Virus record (IMG/VR): IMGVR_UViG_3300021387_000281 | DNA: 64,000 nt | Origin: an uncultured virus (IMG/VR IMGVR_UViG_3300021387_000281) | Taxonomy: Duplodnaviria; Heunggongvirae; Uroviricota; Caudoviricetes; Crassvirales | Strand: one strand, 5' to 3' | In this document: piece after piece, positions 6,691-15,804 of the stretch | Numbering within the stretch: the first letter of the stretch is position 1 | Layout of the letters: each line of letters starts with the position of its first letter | Notes under the pieces: model-generated | Told to the model about the DNA's origin: nothing | The model's database searches: none | Seen by the model: only the letters and a program-made list of their open reading frames with translations | Made by a program: the position numbers and the translations under genes

Positions 6691-8976
6691 ATGGAAGAGA
6701 TTAGAGTAAACAAGTATCAAACACAGATTACAGAAGAACTTCTAAAACAATATCCGCAGGAGGTTCAGGATGACTTTAAGGAATTTATAATAACAGTTCC
6801 TTTTATCAAGAATTTGATTTCTCCTAACAGACAGTATGCTAAAGACAGACCCAGAGATGATAGGGGTAGAATTATTGTTGATTTGGCCAATCCACATATT
6901 CTGGAGAATATGGATTACTTCAGACCTGCGGCCCTTCACTATATAAAGCATGGCTGTTATACTTTTTTAAAGCCTAATAAGAATCCGAATTCACCTTACG
7001 GGAAATGGATCAGAGAAGAAATCAGAAGATGCTGGGAAGGCTATGTGAGACCTATTGATGGAGAATGGGTAACCGGGTATATGTATTTCTATTTGAACTA
7101 TGTGCCTATGATGGTCACTAAAGCCAGTAAGGATGCCCGCAAGAAAACAGCTTCCCGTGTAGAAGGATTTCCTGAGGTTTGGGAAGCAACCTACTGGCGT
7201 TTTCATTATATAGACCAAGCAAGAAATGGAGGCAAGTATAATAACTTTGAAGGAGGTAATCATGCCGTAGAACTTAGTAAGCGTGGTAGTGGTAAGAGCT
7301 TTGGTCTTGCTGCTATTATGGCCCACAATCTTATATTAGGTGAGAATGCCGAAGCTCATAAGAGAACTACTACTATCCTCACTGCTTACCTGAGGGAATA
7401 CTTGGCAGAGAAAGATGGTACATTCTCAAAGTTTCTGCCTATTAAATCTTTCTTGGCAGAGAAGATGCCTGCGTGGCCTAGGAGAATGCTAACAGACTCT
7501 CCTAATAAGATGTCATGGAGACAGGGATACAAAGACAAACTTACTGGTGCAGAGATGGGAGACCAGAATATTCTTCTGGGACTTTCTTCTAAAGATGATG
7601 TTTCAAAGATTCGTGGTAAACGAGGATATATATTGTTTGAAGAGTTTGGTTCTTTCCCTAACCTGATTGAGATTTACAACAATGTCAGAGATGGAATGAA
7701 GGAAGGTAAATACGTGTATGGCCTTGCGTATCTCGTAGGTACAGCAGGTGATAAAGACTCAGACTTTCATGGTGCTCAGGAGCTTGTGTACAACCCAAAG
7801 GGATATGATGTATATGCACTGCCTAATGTGTGGGATAAACCCAATCAGGGAAGGCCACTGTTTGCTTTCTTTACTCCTGCCTATGCTAATCTGAAAGGCT
7901 TCTATAATAAGAATGGTGTATCAGATGTAGTAGGCTCATTACTATTTCTTTTACAAAGTAGATTCACGGCCAAATATGAAACAGGAGACCCAAGGACTAT
8001 CATTAAGGTAGTGAGTAATATGCCCATCACTCCTTCAGAGGCTATCATACAAGGAAGTATCAGTCAGTTCCCAGTGACTGATATTGAAGCAAGAATGCTG
8101 GAGATTAAGAGTAATCCGAATTTTTATGATAATACCTATGTGGGCCAGTTTGCCATTACAGATAATAAAGTAGAATTTGTTCCCACATCAGATACACCTA
8201 TCAGATATTTCCAGCAGAAGGATAATAAGAATATGCCAGGAGCAGTGGAAATCTTTGAAATGCCTCAGACAGATTCAGAAGGTAAGGTATATGAAAACAG
8301 ATATATAGCAGGCGCCGACCCTTATGATAATGATGAATCAACCACCACATCACTGGGTTCAATACTGATGCTTGACTTGTGGACAGATAGGATAGTAGCA
8401 GAATATACAGGAAGACCAGCGATGGCAGATGATTATTTTGAAATCTGTAGGAGAATGTGTCTTTTCTATAATGCAAGGCTAAACTATGAGAACAACAAGA
8501 AAGGATTGTTTGCCCATTTCTCAAGAATGAATTCCACCTACCTTCTTACGGATGTATTGGAGATACTTGTAGACAAACAAATGATGAAACCTGGAGGAGT
8601 AGGTAATACTGCAAAGGGTACTAATGCCTCACAGAGTATTAATGGTTGGGCAAGACAACTTATCAATAAATGGTTATTGACTCCTCAAACTACTGTAATA
8701 ACAGAGAATGGAGAAGAGAAAGAAGTCACTATTCATAATCTGAATCTTATTAAGAACCTAGCACTACTTATAGAACTATCAGAATGGAATCCTTTGGGTA
8801 ACTTTGACCGTGTATCTGCTTTAGGCATGCTGATGCTTTTCAGGGAAGACAAACTTAGGTTGATGGGAGGCAGATACAACAATCACACAGAAGATGTCTA
8901 TGACCCTGATGACCCTGCAAATGATGATTTTTTCAGAGATAATTATCCTGATGAAGAAGACAAGATTTTGTTATAA
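6691..8976 (+). CDS. terL: terminase large subunit
   Basis: Walker A-like SKRGSGKS, Walker B ILFEE, motif III VGTAG, nuclease YIAGADPY and NFDRVSAL; 761 aa, upstream of portal. Confidence 0.93.
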   Translation: MEEIRVNKYQTQITEELLKQYPQEVQDDFKEFIITVPFIKNLISPNRQYAKDRPRDDRGRIIVDLANPHILENMDYFRPAALHYIKHGCYTFLKPNKNPNSPYGKWIREEIRRCWEGYVRPIDGEWVTGYMYFYLNYVPMMVTKASKDARKKTASRVEGFPEVWEATYWRFHYIDQARNGGKYNNFEGGNHAVELSKRGSGKSFGLAAIMAHNLILGENAEAHKRTTTILTAYLREYLAEKDGTFSKFLPIKSFLAEKMPAWPRRMLTDSPNKMSWRQGYKDKLTGAEMGDQNILLGLSSKDDVSKIRGKRGYILFEEFGSFPNLIEIYNNVRDGMKEGKYVYGLAYLVGTAGDKDSDFHGAQELVYNPKGYDVYALPNVWDKPNQGRPLFAFFTPAYANLKGFYNKNGVSDVVGSLLFLLQSRFTAKYETGDPRTIIKVVSNMPITPSEAIIQGSISQFPVTDIEARMLEIKSNPNFYDNTYVGQFAITDNKVEFVPTSDTPIRYFQQKDNKNMPGAVEIFEMPQTDSEGKVYENRYIAGADPYDNDESTTTSLGSILMLDLWTDRIVAEYTGRPAMADDYFEICRRMCLFYNARLNYENNKKGLFAHFSRMNSTYLLTDVLEILVDKQMMKPGGVGNTAKGTNASQSINGWARQLINKWLLTPQTTVITENGEEKEVTIHNLNLIKNLALLIELSEWNPLGNFDRVSALGMLMLFREDKLRLMGGRYNNHTEDVYDPDDPANDDFFRDNYPDEEDKILL

Positions 8977-8990
8977 CATAACAACATACT
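8967..8990 (+). repeat. 7-5-7 palindromic element (dispersed family)
   Basis: TTTGTTA-TAACA-TAACAAC-ATACT, overlapping the terL stop. Confidence 0.7.
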
Positions 8991-9020
8991 TAACATTGTA
9001 ACTAATAAAAAAATAACCTG

Positions 9021-9052
9021 TTTGTACATAAAGGAATAAGTCTTTACTTTTG
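9021..9052 (+). promoter_or_regulatory. Bacteroidota-type promoter for portal
   Basis: TTTG 9021-9024, 20-nt spacer, TACTTTTG 9045-9052. Confidence 0.7.
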
Positions 9053-9070
9053 CAGTAAAATACTTTAATT

Positions 9071-11488
9071 ATGAGTGTAGAAACATTTGTAGGGTTTCCG
9101 CAACAGCGTCTTTCTGATAAGCAGAAAGGTAAACAGTGGAGAAAGAAATGTGTTGATTTTGCAGATGCTAAAGGCAGCACTTTGAATTCGTCTCCTGTCA
9201 GGAAGTCCTTTCTTCATAAGAAGATAAACTACGATCTTTGGAACATGAAGATACATACTGATGATATCCAGTATGTATTGAATCCTAATAAGCTGAAGGC
9301 AAACTTCATTCCTGATAACCTGCAGCATTATCCTACTATTAATCCCAAGCTGAATGTGCTTAGGGGAGAAGCTCTTGCAAGAGTCTTTGATTGGCATGTG
9401 ACTATTACTAATCCCAATGCCATCAGTGAGATAGAAAATGCCAAGAGAGATGCAGTATATCAGAGTCTGCAGGCATTGGTACAGAATCAGTCAGTTTCAG
9501 AAGAAGACTATCAGAAGAAGCTTACTGAGCAGAATGACTACTTCCAATACCAGTATCAGGATATGAGGGAAGTAAGGGCCAACGAATTACTGAAACACTA
9601 CAGCAAGGAGTATGATTTCAAGGACTTGTTTGACAATCAGGGTATCATGGATGCCATGATAGTTAAGGAAGAAATCTATCTGAATGACATTATAGGTGGA
9701 GAACCTGTTGTAGAAAGAATAGACCCTATGAAACTCAGGGTATTCAGGTCGGGTAATTCAAATAGAATAGAAGATGCAGATATGCTTGTCTATGAGGATT
9801 ATAAGAACATTGGATGGGTGAGAGATACCTATTATGATGTTCTTACTCCAAAAGACCATGCCTACTTGGATAAGATAGAAACAGGAGGTGTTGATGGTGA
9901 TGATGTAGACATCTGGGATGACAGAAATGCTTACATGAATGACTATCAACTTGGAGATACAATGGTCAGCAATCCCCATTTCTTCTCTACCATGCTGAAC
10001 AATGTGGATTATACTACTACCATGCTTCCTTATGATGGTGAAGGCAATGTGAGGGTACTTAGAGTATTCTGGAAATCGGCAAGAAAGATTAAGAAGATTA
10101 AGTACTACGACTACGAGACAGGAGAAGAGGATTATAAGTTTATGCCTCAGACATATGTTGCAGATAAGACAAGAGGAGAAGAAGAAGAAATACTGTGGGT
10201 TAACGAGGCTTGGGAAGGTACTAAGATTGGTACAGAGATATATGTGAATATCAGACCCAGACCAGTGCAGTACTTCTCAATGAGTAATCCATCGAGATGC
10301 CATTTTGGAATTATCGGGCAGTTATATAATATAGGTAGTACTAACTCACCCTCATTAGTAGATACCTTAAAGCCATACTCTTATTTGTATGATGCTGTTT
10401 TTGATAAGCTTTACAAGTTGATAGAATCCAATTTAGGTAAACTTACTATTTTGGACCTCTCTTTTAAACCCGACTCTTGGACAACAGAGAAGTGGATGTA
10501 CTTTGCCAAGGTAAATCACATTGCAGTAAAGAACAGTTTCAATGAGGGTAAGAAGGGTGCCGCAACAGGTAAGCTTGCAGGAGCTATGAATAACAACTCC
10601 TCAGGTGTGATAGATGCTTCAGTCACCCAGGAGATACAGTACAACATTCAGCTTCTTGATTGGATAGAAACAGTAATGGGTAAAGCCTGCGGAATATCGC
10701 CTCAGAGAGAAGGACAGGTGTCTAATAGGGAGACTGTAGGAGGTGTGGAAAGAGCCACACTGCAAAGCTCACATATCACTGAATGGCTGTTTGCTCAGCA
10801 TGACAGCTTGAAGAAGAGAGAGCTTGAATGTTTCCTTGAAACTGCTAAGATAGCTTTGAAGGGAAAGAAAAAGAAGTTTGAATATATTACCTCAGAGGGC
10901 TCTCAGAAAATCATGGTGATAGATGGAGATGAGTTTGCTGAGTGCGACTATGGTCTTGTTGTGGATAACTCTCAGGGTACTCAGGCACTTTCTCAGAAGC
11001 TTGAAACTCTTGCACAGGCAGGTTTGCAGAATCAGATGATTAACTTCTCTACAATGATGAAACTCTATTCTACAGACTCTATGGCAGAGAAGATTAGAAT
11101 GATAGAAGCATCAGAGAGAAGAATGCAGGAACAGCAGGAAGCCCAGCAACAGCAACAGATGCAGATGCAACAACAGCAGTTGCAGGCAGCAGCAGAGCAG
11201 AAGCAGCTTGAAATGGAGCAGCGAGATATTCAGAATCAGAGAGACAATGACACCAGGATTCTTGTTGCTAAGATACAAGCACAAGCCAATATTGATTCTT
11301 CAGTGGCAAGAGCATCAGGATTTACGGAGACACCTATGCAACCTCTTACTGAGAAAGAAAGAGCTGAATTGCTTCAAAGAACAAGGGAGTTTGATGAAAA
11401 GAACAAGCTTGACCATGAGAAGCTTCAGCTTGAGAGAGAGAAGATTAAATCCCAGGAGAGGATTGCCAAACAGAAGAAACCGAGTTAA
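9071..11488 (+). CDS. portal protein
   Basis: 805 aa after terL. FPQQRL..K N-terminus, WVNEAWEGTKIG, GISPQREG...ETVGGVE, Gln-rich C-terminal coil, as in crAss-like portals. Confidence 0.88.
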   Translation: MSVETFVGFPQQRLSDKQKGKQWRKKCVDFADAKGSTLNSSPVRKSFLHKKINYDLWNMKIHTDDIQYVLNPNKLKANFIPDNLQHYPTINPKLNVLRGEALARVFDWHVTITNPNAISEIENAKRDAVYQSLQALVQNQSVSEEDYQKKLTEQNDYFQYQYQDMREVRANELLKHYSKEYDFKDLFDNQGIMDAMIVKEEIYLNDIIGGEPVVERIDPMKLRVFRSGNSNRIEDADMLVYEDYKNIGWVRDTYYDVLTPKDHAYLDKIETGGVDGDDVDIWDDRNAYMNDYQLGDTMVSNPHFFSTMLNNVDYTTTMLPYDGEGNVRVLRVFWKSARKIKKIKYYDYETGEEDYKFMPQTYVADKTRGEEEEILWVNEAWEGTKIGTEIYVNIRPRPVQYFSMSNPSRCHFGIIGQLYNIGSTNSPSLVDTLKPYSYLYDAVFDKLYKLIESNLGKLTILDLSFKPDSWTTEKWMYFAKVNHIAVKNSFNEGKKGAATGKLAGAMNNNSSGVIDASVTQEIQYNIQLLDWIETVMGKACGISPQREGQVSNRETVGGVERATLQSSHITEWLFAQHDSLKKRELECFLETAKIALKGKKKKFEYITSEGSQKIMVIDGDEFAECDYGLVVDNSQGTQALSQKLETLAQAGLQNQMINFSTMMKLYSTDSMAEKIRMIEASERRMQEQQEAQQQQQMQMQQQQLQAAAEQKQLEMEQRDIQNQRDNDTRILVAKIQAQANIDSSVARASGFTETPMQPLTEKERAELLQRTREFDEKNKLDHEKLQLEREKIKSQERIAKQKKPS

Positions 11489-11546
11489 ACAGCGTTAATG
11501 GGTTCTTTTATTTGATTTCTTTCCCGGCGTAATAAGATAAAATGAT

Positions 11547-11554
11547 TATCTTTG
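11547..11554 (+). promoter_or_regulatory. -7 promoter element upstream of the tRNA
   Basis: TATCTTTG ending 17 nt before the tRNA 5' end. Confidence 0.5.
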
Positions 11555-11571
11555 ACACAATAAAAAGAAAT

Positions 11572-11643
11572 TGCCCTATGGTGTAATTGACAGCACAAAG
11601 GCTTCTAGATCCTTTAGTCTGGGTTTGAATCCTAGTGGGGCTA
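11572..11643 (+). tRNA. amber suppressor tRNA (anticodon CUA), tRNA-Gln-like body
   Basis: Cloverleaf: acceptor TGCCCTA/TGGGGCT plus discriminator A, D arm GTG..CAC, anticodon arm AAGGC-TT-CTA-GA-TCCTT (CTA at 11605-11607), T arm CTGGG-TTTGAAT-CCTAG. The 5' end TGCCCTATGGTGTAATTG is typical of Bacteroidota tRNA-Gln. CCA is not encoded. Confidence 0.88.
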
Positions 11644-11721
11644 CTCATTTTGTTTATGCGATTTTTTCTTTATTATTAGTTTGTTTTAGTTTAAAGTAGA
11701 ATTCGGACATAGCGCAAGTGG

Positions 11722-11758
11722 AGGTTTAACTGTCTGTGAAGATGGTTAAACCTTTTTT
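11722..11758 (+). terminator. intrinsic terminator after the tRNA
   Basis: AGGTTTAACTGTCT-GTGA-AGATGGTTAAACCT hairpin plus T run. Confidence 0.85.
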
Positions 11759-11802
11759 ATTATTGTAACTGCTAATACCAGTATTAATGATTTATTTATC
11801 AG

Positions 11803-11834
11803 TTTGTGCAGAGGTAGGAATATCCATACTTTTG
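11803..11834 (+). promoter_or_regulatory. Bacteroidota-type promoter for the scaffold/capsid operon
   Basis: TTTG 11803-11806, 20-nt spacer, TACTTTTG 11827-11834. Confidence 0.7.
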
Positions 11835-11866
11835 CACTAGAAATTAAAACTAAATAGGAGAAAAAC

Positions 11867-13018
11867 ATGGAAGGTATTGGATTAGACAACATGCTGGGTG
11901 CTGAAGAGATACAGAAACTCTTTGGTGACGGTGAAGAAACACAGGAGGTTCTGGAAGAACAGAATACTACTGAAGAAACAAAAGACAATCAAGAACAAAC
12001 TGCTGAGGTTGATTTTTCAGACTTTATAGGTAATCAATCAGAGAGCGTAGGCAGTGAAGAGAACTCAGAGGGAAACAGGGAGACACCCGATTCAAAGAAT
12101 GACACTGGTGCTCCTAATAAAAATCTCTTCTCTTCCATTGCCAAGGCATTAAGAGATGAAGGTGTTTTCCCTGACCTTTCTGACGACACATGTGACAACA
12201 TCAAGGATGCAGAGGCATTCAGGAAACTATTTGATGAACAAGTATCCAACTCCCTCAGTGAGAGGCAGAAAAGAATTGATGCAGCTTTGAATGGGGGAGC
12301 AGACACAGAGGAAATCAGAAATTACAACAATGACCTCTATATCAATGAGTTCCTCAATGCCAAGGAAACTCAGGATAGACTTGAGAGTGAGAGTGAGGAT
12401 GGCGAGACACTGCGAAAGCAAGTAATGTATCAGGATTACATCAATAGGGGTTTCAGTGAAGAAAGAGCCAAGAAGCTTGTGCTGAAGAGTGTTGAAGATG
12501 GTACTGATATTGAAGATGCCAAGGAAGCCCTTAACTCCTGCAAGGATTACTACAGCAAGAGAGTAGAAAGTTATCAGCAGGAAATCCAAAGTAGGGAAAA
12601 GAGTAAGAAGGCAGAAGAAGAAAAACAGTATAACAATCTGAAGAAACAGATTATAGATACTGAGGATTTCTTCGGGGGTGTGAAAGTAGACAAGAGCACT
12701 CGTCAGAAAGCCTATGACTCTATTACCAAGCCTGTGTATAAGGATGAGAATGGTAACTTCCTCACTGCTTTGCAGAAGTATCAGAAGGAAAATCCTCTTG
12801 ACTTTATGAAGAATGTTGCACTGATGTACTCCTTGACAGATGGTTTCCAGAATGTAGACAAGCTCACTAAGAAACAAGTAAAGGCAGGTTTGAAGAAAGG
12901 CTTTGCAGAACTTGAAAGTGTTCTTAACAATACTCGCAGGAATTCAGATGGCACATTGAATTTTGCTAATGGGGATCCGACAGAAGAGAACAGAGAAAAC
13001 TGGACTTTGGCTATTTAA
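11867..13018 (+). CDS. probable capsid scaffolding/assembly protein
   Basis: Acidic, helical 383-aa protein between portal and major capsid gene. Confidence 0.6.
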   Translation: MEGIGLDNMLGAEEIQKLFGDGEETQEVLEEQNTTEETKDNQEQTAEVDFSDFIGNQSESVGSEENSEGNRETPDSKNDTGAPNKNLFSSIAKALRDEGVFPDLSDDTCDNIKDAEAFRKLFDEQVSNSLSERQKRIDAALNGGADTEEIRNYNNDLYINEFLNAKETQDRLESESEDGETLRKQVMYQDYINRGFSEERAKKLVLKSVEDGTDIEDAKEALNSCKDYYSKRVESYQQEIQSREKSKKAEEEKQYNNLKKQIIDTEDFFGGVKVDKSTRQKAYDSITKPVYKDENGNFLTALQKYQKENPLDFMKNVALMYSLTDGFQNVDKLTKKQVKAGLKKGFAELESVLNNTRRNSDGTLNFANGDPTEENRENWTLAI

Positions 13019-13099
13019 AGTTTAGAGTTTAGAGTTGATAGTTTAGAAATGATTATATAACAGGGAAAACAATTTTTTAATGCTTAAATTTGAATAAAA

Positions 13100-14635
13100 A
13101 TGGCAGGACAATTAGGTAAATTTACAATGCAGCACTTTAAGGCATGGGCCCCTCAGATTACTAAGAAGACCCATATTAGTTCCATCTTTGGCACTAAGAC
13201 TCAGAAGGTGCCAGGTATGATGGTACAGCTGATGGCCTTTAAGTATGGTAAGACACTTGACACTATGCTCAGCGCTCTTCCTGTAAAGGAATTTGAGAAT
13301 GGTGAGGAGTACATCTGGGATGTGATTGGTTCTACGGACAGAATCATTCCTCTGGTGGAAGCCCGTGATGAGAATGGTGAAGTAGTTACAGCCGAGAGTG
13401 GTAATGTAGGTGCTGGTACTCAGCCTTTCTATCTGGTGTTTGCAGAGCATTGGTTCTTTGATGGTGAGACCATTGAGGGTAATCTGGGTAACCGTTATCC
13501 CCTTCGCATTCTTGGTGATGCCCGTGAGGAAGGTTCCAATTATATCTATAAGGTAGAGACGATGGGTGGTATCACTGATGGTGTACCTGCAGAGCGTCTT
13601 CTTCCTGGTGAGAACTTCTCTTATGGTGCAGCCTTTGTTGAAGGAGGTCTCTCTCGTAAGGTTGGTGGTATTCGTCATGCAGTACCTGTGTCAATGAGAA
13701 ATGAATGGTCACACATTCGTATTCACCACAAGGTATCTGGTGACATGATGGATGACAAACTTGCTATTGCTGTTCCTATGAATGAGCCCACCAACAATGG
13801 TTATAAGGTTCGCATGGTGAACACTTGGATGCTGAATGTAGACTTTGAGGTTGAGAAGACCTTCCGTGACTACAAGAACTATGCTTATGCATGGGGTCGC
13901 AGCAACCGTAATAAGAATGGTGAGTATACTAACTTTGGTAAGAGTGGTGATGCCATCAGAACTGGTGCTGGTCTTTATGAGCAGATTGAGATGGGTAATA
14001 TTGTCTGGTACAATGACTTCTCTCTGAAGCTTATTGAAGATGCTCTTTATGACCTGTTTGCCGGCAAGGAAGACTTCAAGGACAGAAAGGTTACTATCCG
14101 CACTGGTGAGAAGGGTGGTATGCTGTTCCAGAAGGCAGCTCTGAAGGATGGTAGTGGTTGGAAGTCGATGTTTGACTTCAATGGTGATGCTCTTGGTTTG
14201 ATTTCCAAGACCACTAATGCTGCTGCTCCTCACGGTGGTGCTCTTAGAGTAGCTGTTCCTCAGATTACTGAGTTTGTTGCTCCTATGGGTGTTGCTATCA
14301 CTCTTGATATTGACCAGAGCTATGACAACATCAACCACAGTGGTTATAAGATTATGCATCCGATGGGAGGCCCTGCAAGCTCTTATATCTTTGATATTCT
14401 GGACCTTGGTTCTAGCATCAGCCCGAATATTCAGAAGTGTAAGATTAAGGGTCATCCTGAGGAGTCTCGTGGCTATGAGGCAGGATTCCGTAATCCGTTT
14501 ACTGGTGCATGGGATAATGACCACATGAGCAATGACGAGGATGCAGCTGTCATCCACAAGTTTGCAGATGCAGGTATTGTAGTTTGGGATCCTACCCGTA
14601 CTATGAGAATCATGCCTGACATTCTTGAGGGTTAA
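13100..14635 (+). CDS. major capsid protein
   Basis: 511 aa, strongly biased (highly expressed) codons, G(K)SG..IRTGAGL.EQ and TGEKG motifs of crAss-like capsids, position after the scaffold, followed by a terminator. Confidence 0.88.
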   Translation: MAGQLGKFTMQHFKAWAPQITKKTHISSIFGTKTQKVPGMMVQLMAFKYGKTLDTMLSALPVKEFENGEEYIWDVIGSTDRIIPLVEARDENGEVVTAESGNVGAGTQPFYLVFAEHWFFDGETIEGNLGNRYPLRILGDAREEGSNYIYKVETMGGITDGVPAERLLPGENFSYGAAFVEGGLSRKVGGIRHAVPVSMRNEWSHIRIHHKVSGDMMDDKLAIAVPMNEPTNNGYKVRMVNTWMLNVDFEVEKTFRDYKNYAYAWGRSNRNKNGEYTNFGKSGDAIRTGAGLYEQIEMGNIVWYNDFSLKLIEDALYDLFAGKEDFKDRKVTIRTGEKGGMLFQKAALKDGSGWKSMFDFNGDALGLISKTTNAAAPHGGALRVAVPQITEFVAPMGVAITLDIDQSYDNINHSGYKIMHPMGGPASSYIFDILDLGSSISPNIQKCKIKGHPEESRGYEAGFRNPFTGAWDNDHMSNDEDAAVIHKFADAGIVVWDPTRTMRIMPDILEG

Positions 14636-14643
14636 ATTATAAA

Positions 14644-14682
14644 GCAAGGGGAGGAGATTAAGTTCTCCTCCCTGCAGCTTTT
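14644..14682 (+). terminator. intrinsic terminator/attenuator after the major capsid gene
   Basis: GGGAGGAGA-TTAAG-TTCTCCTCCC hairpin followed by a short T run. Confidence 0.7.
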
Positions 14683-14726
14683 ACTAAAGTTAAAAGTTAA
14701 AGTTTAAAGATAAAAGGAGATTAAAA

Positions 14727-15785
14727 ATGGCGAAGAGAAAGAGTGTGGCAGATGTGCCTGAAATGGGTAACTTTGAAGTAGGAGAAGTAAACTTTGAAGA
14801 AATTCAAAAAGAGCCTCAGATGGTAGAAGTGCAGAACAATGCTCCTGTATATGAGGAGAGTCCTTATGAACGTGGTATGAGAGAACTCAGCTCAAAACCT
14901 ATTAAGAATTGTCTTAGGAATGAACGTGTGATAGTAAGGCGTCTTCCTAAGAGAACTGGTTTAGTTACAGACTCCAATCATATTATGGGAGATGGAATGC
15001 ACAACAATGCTTATAGAATGTTCAGTGTTCCTAAGATGCAGCGCAGTAACAATTTTGTGAATGTACTTACCAATGATGAAAAGGAATGCTTGGAAACAGC
15101 AATGGGTTTGGAGCCCAATGCCCTTTCTATTTATAAGCAGCCTGCTGAGAAGAACTTCTGGAGTAATGCCAATCCTGCAGGACTGAGTTTTGTAAAGCTC
15201 TCAAAGAGAGATAATGTGTTTGACCTCTCAAAGCCTACAGACTATATTGCAGTGAAGATACTTCTTGCCAATAAGGATAAAATTTGTTCTTCAATGCAGG
15301 AATATCAAGAGAGGCCCAAGGAGACTTATGAGTATGTTATCATCAAGGAAGGTGACGAGAACAAGAATGCTCAGAATAACACAGATGCTACTATCCAGGC
15401 ATTTATGAAGCTTGGTAAGATTAGTGATGACAAGGAAGTTCTGAAGCTTGTTGTTGAAACCATGATGGGCAAGAAATACTCAGACAAGACTACAGCAGAG
15501 TGGCTTCAGACTCAAGCATCAGACCTTATTAAGAGTAGTGCAAAGAATGCCAAGCTGTTCCTCAGTGTTGTCAATGATGAATTGCTGGATACAAAGGTCC
15601 TTATCAGAAAGTGCATCAGCAAAGGCATTGTAGCAGACAGAGGCGGTTATCTGTATATTAAGGACAGCAATACTCCCATGTGTAATGATGGTGAGAATCC
15701 TACAGCTGCAGTAGCTGCCAAGTGGCTTCTGAAGCCCAAGAACCAAGAGATACTGTTTAGCCTTCAGGCAAAAGTAAAGGAATAA
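14727..15785 (+). CDS. conserved crAss-like protein downstream of the capsid gene
   Basis: 352-aa ORF at the position conserved in crAss-like capsid modules. Confidence 0.65.
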   Translation: MAKRKSVADVPEMGNFEVGEVNFEEIQKEPQMVEVQNNAPVYEESPYERGMRELSSKPIKNCLRNERVIVRRLPKRTGLVTDSNHIMGDGMHNNAYRMFSVPKMQRSNNFVNVLTNDEKECLETAMGLEPNALSIYKQPAEKNFWSNANPAGLSFVKLSKRDNVFDLSKPTDYIAVKILLANKDKICSSMQEYQERPKETYEYVIIKEGDENKNAQNNTDATIQAFMKLGKISDDKEVLKLVVETMMGKKYSDKTTAEWLQTQASDLIKSSAKNAKLFLSVVNDELLDTKVLIRKCISKGIVADRGGYLYIKDSNTPMCNDGENPTAAVAAKWLLKPKNQEILFSLQAKVKE

Positions 15786-15804
15786 AAACTATAGATAAAA
15801 GAGT

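Noticed and set aside
8979..8993. Resemblance of the palindrome tail (reverse complement AGTATGTTG) to the enterobacterial Tus-Ter core
   Set aside because: Short match only, the rest of the Ter consensus is missing, and no Tus-like gene is visible. Treated as coincidence, although polarity of the elements is noted.
11120..11225. Poly-Gln CAG/CAA runs in portal (and in the VWA protein near 59160)
   Set aside because: Ordinary low-complexity coiled-coil or linker segments; they contain no TAG and show no regular DNA repeat.
11598..11615. Alternative anticodon reading (TCT Arg or TAG Leu) for the tRNA
   Set aside because: With either the 7-nt or the 9-nt loop pairing the central triplet is CTA, preceded by U33 and followed by a purine, and the body is Gln-like with a short variable loop.
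13112..14647. Long antisense ORFs over the major capsid gene (188 and 312 aa)
   Set aside because: Shadow frames caused by the strong codon bias of the sense gene; no independent start context or motifs.
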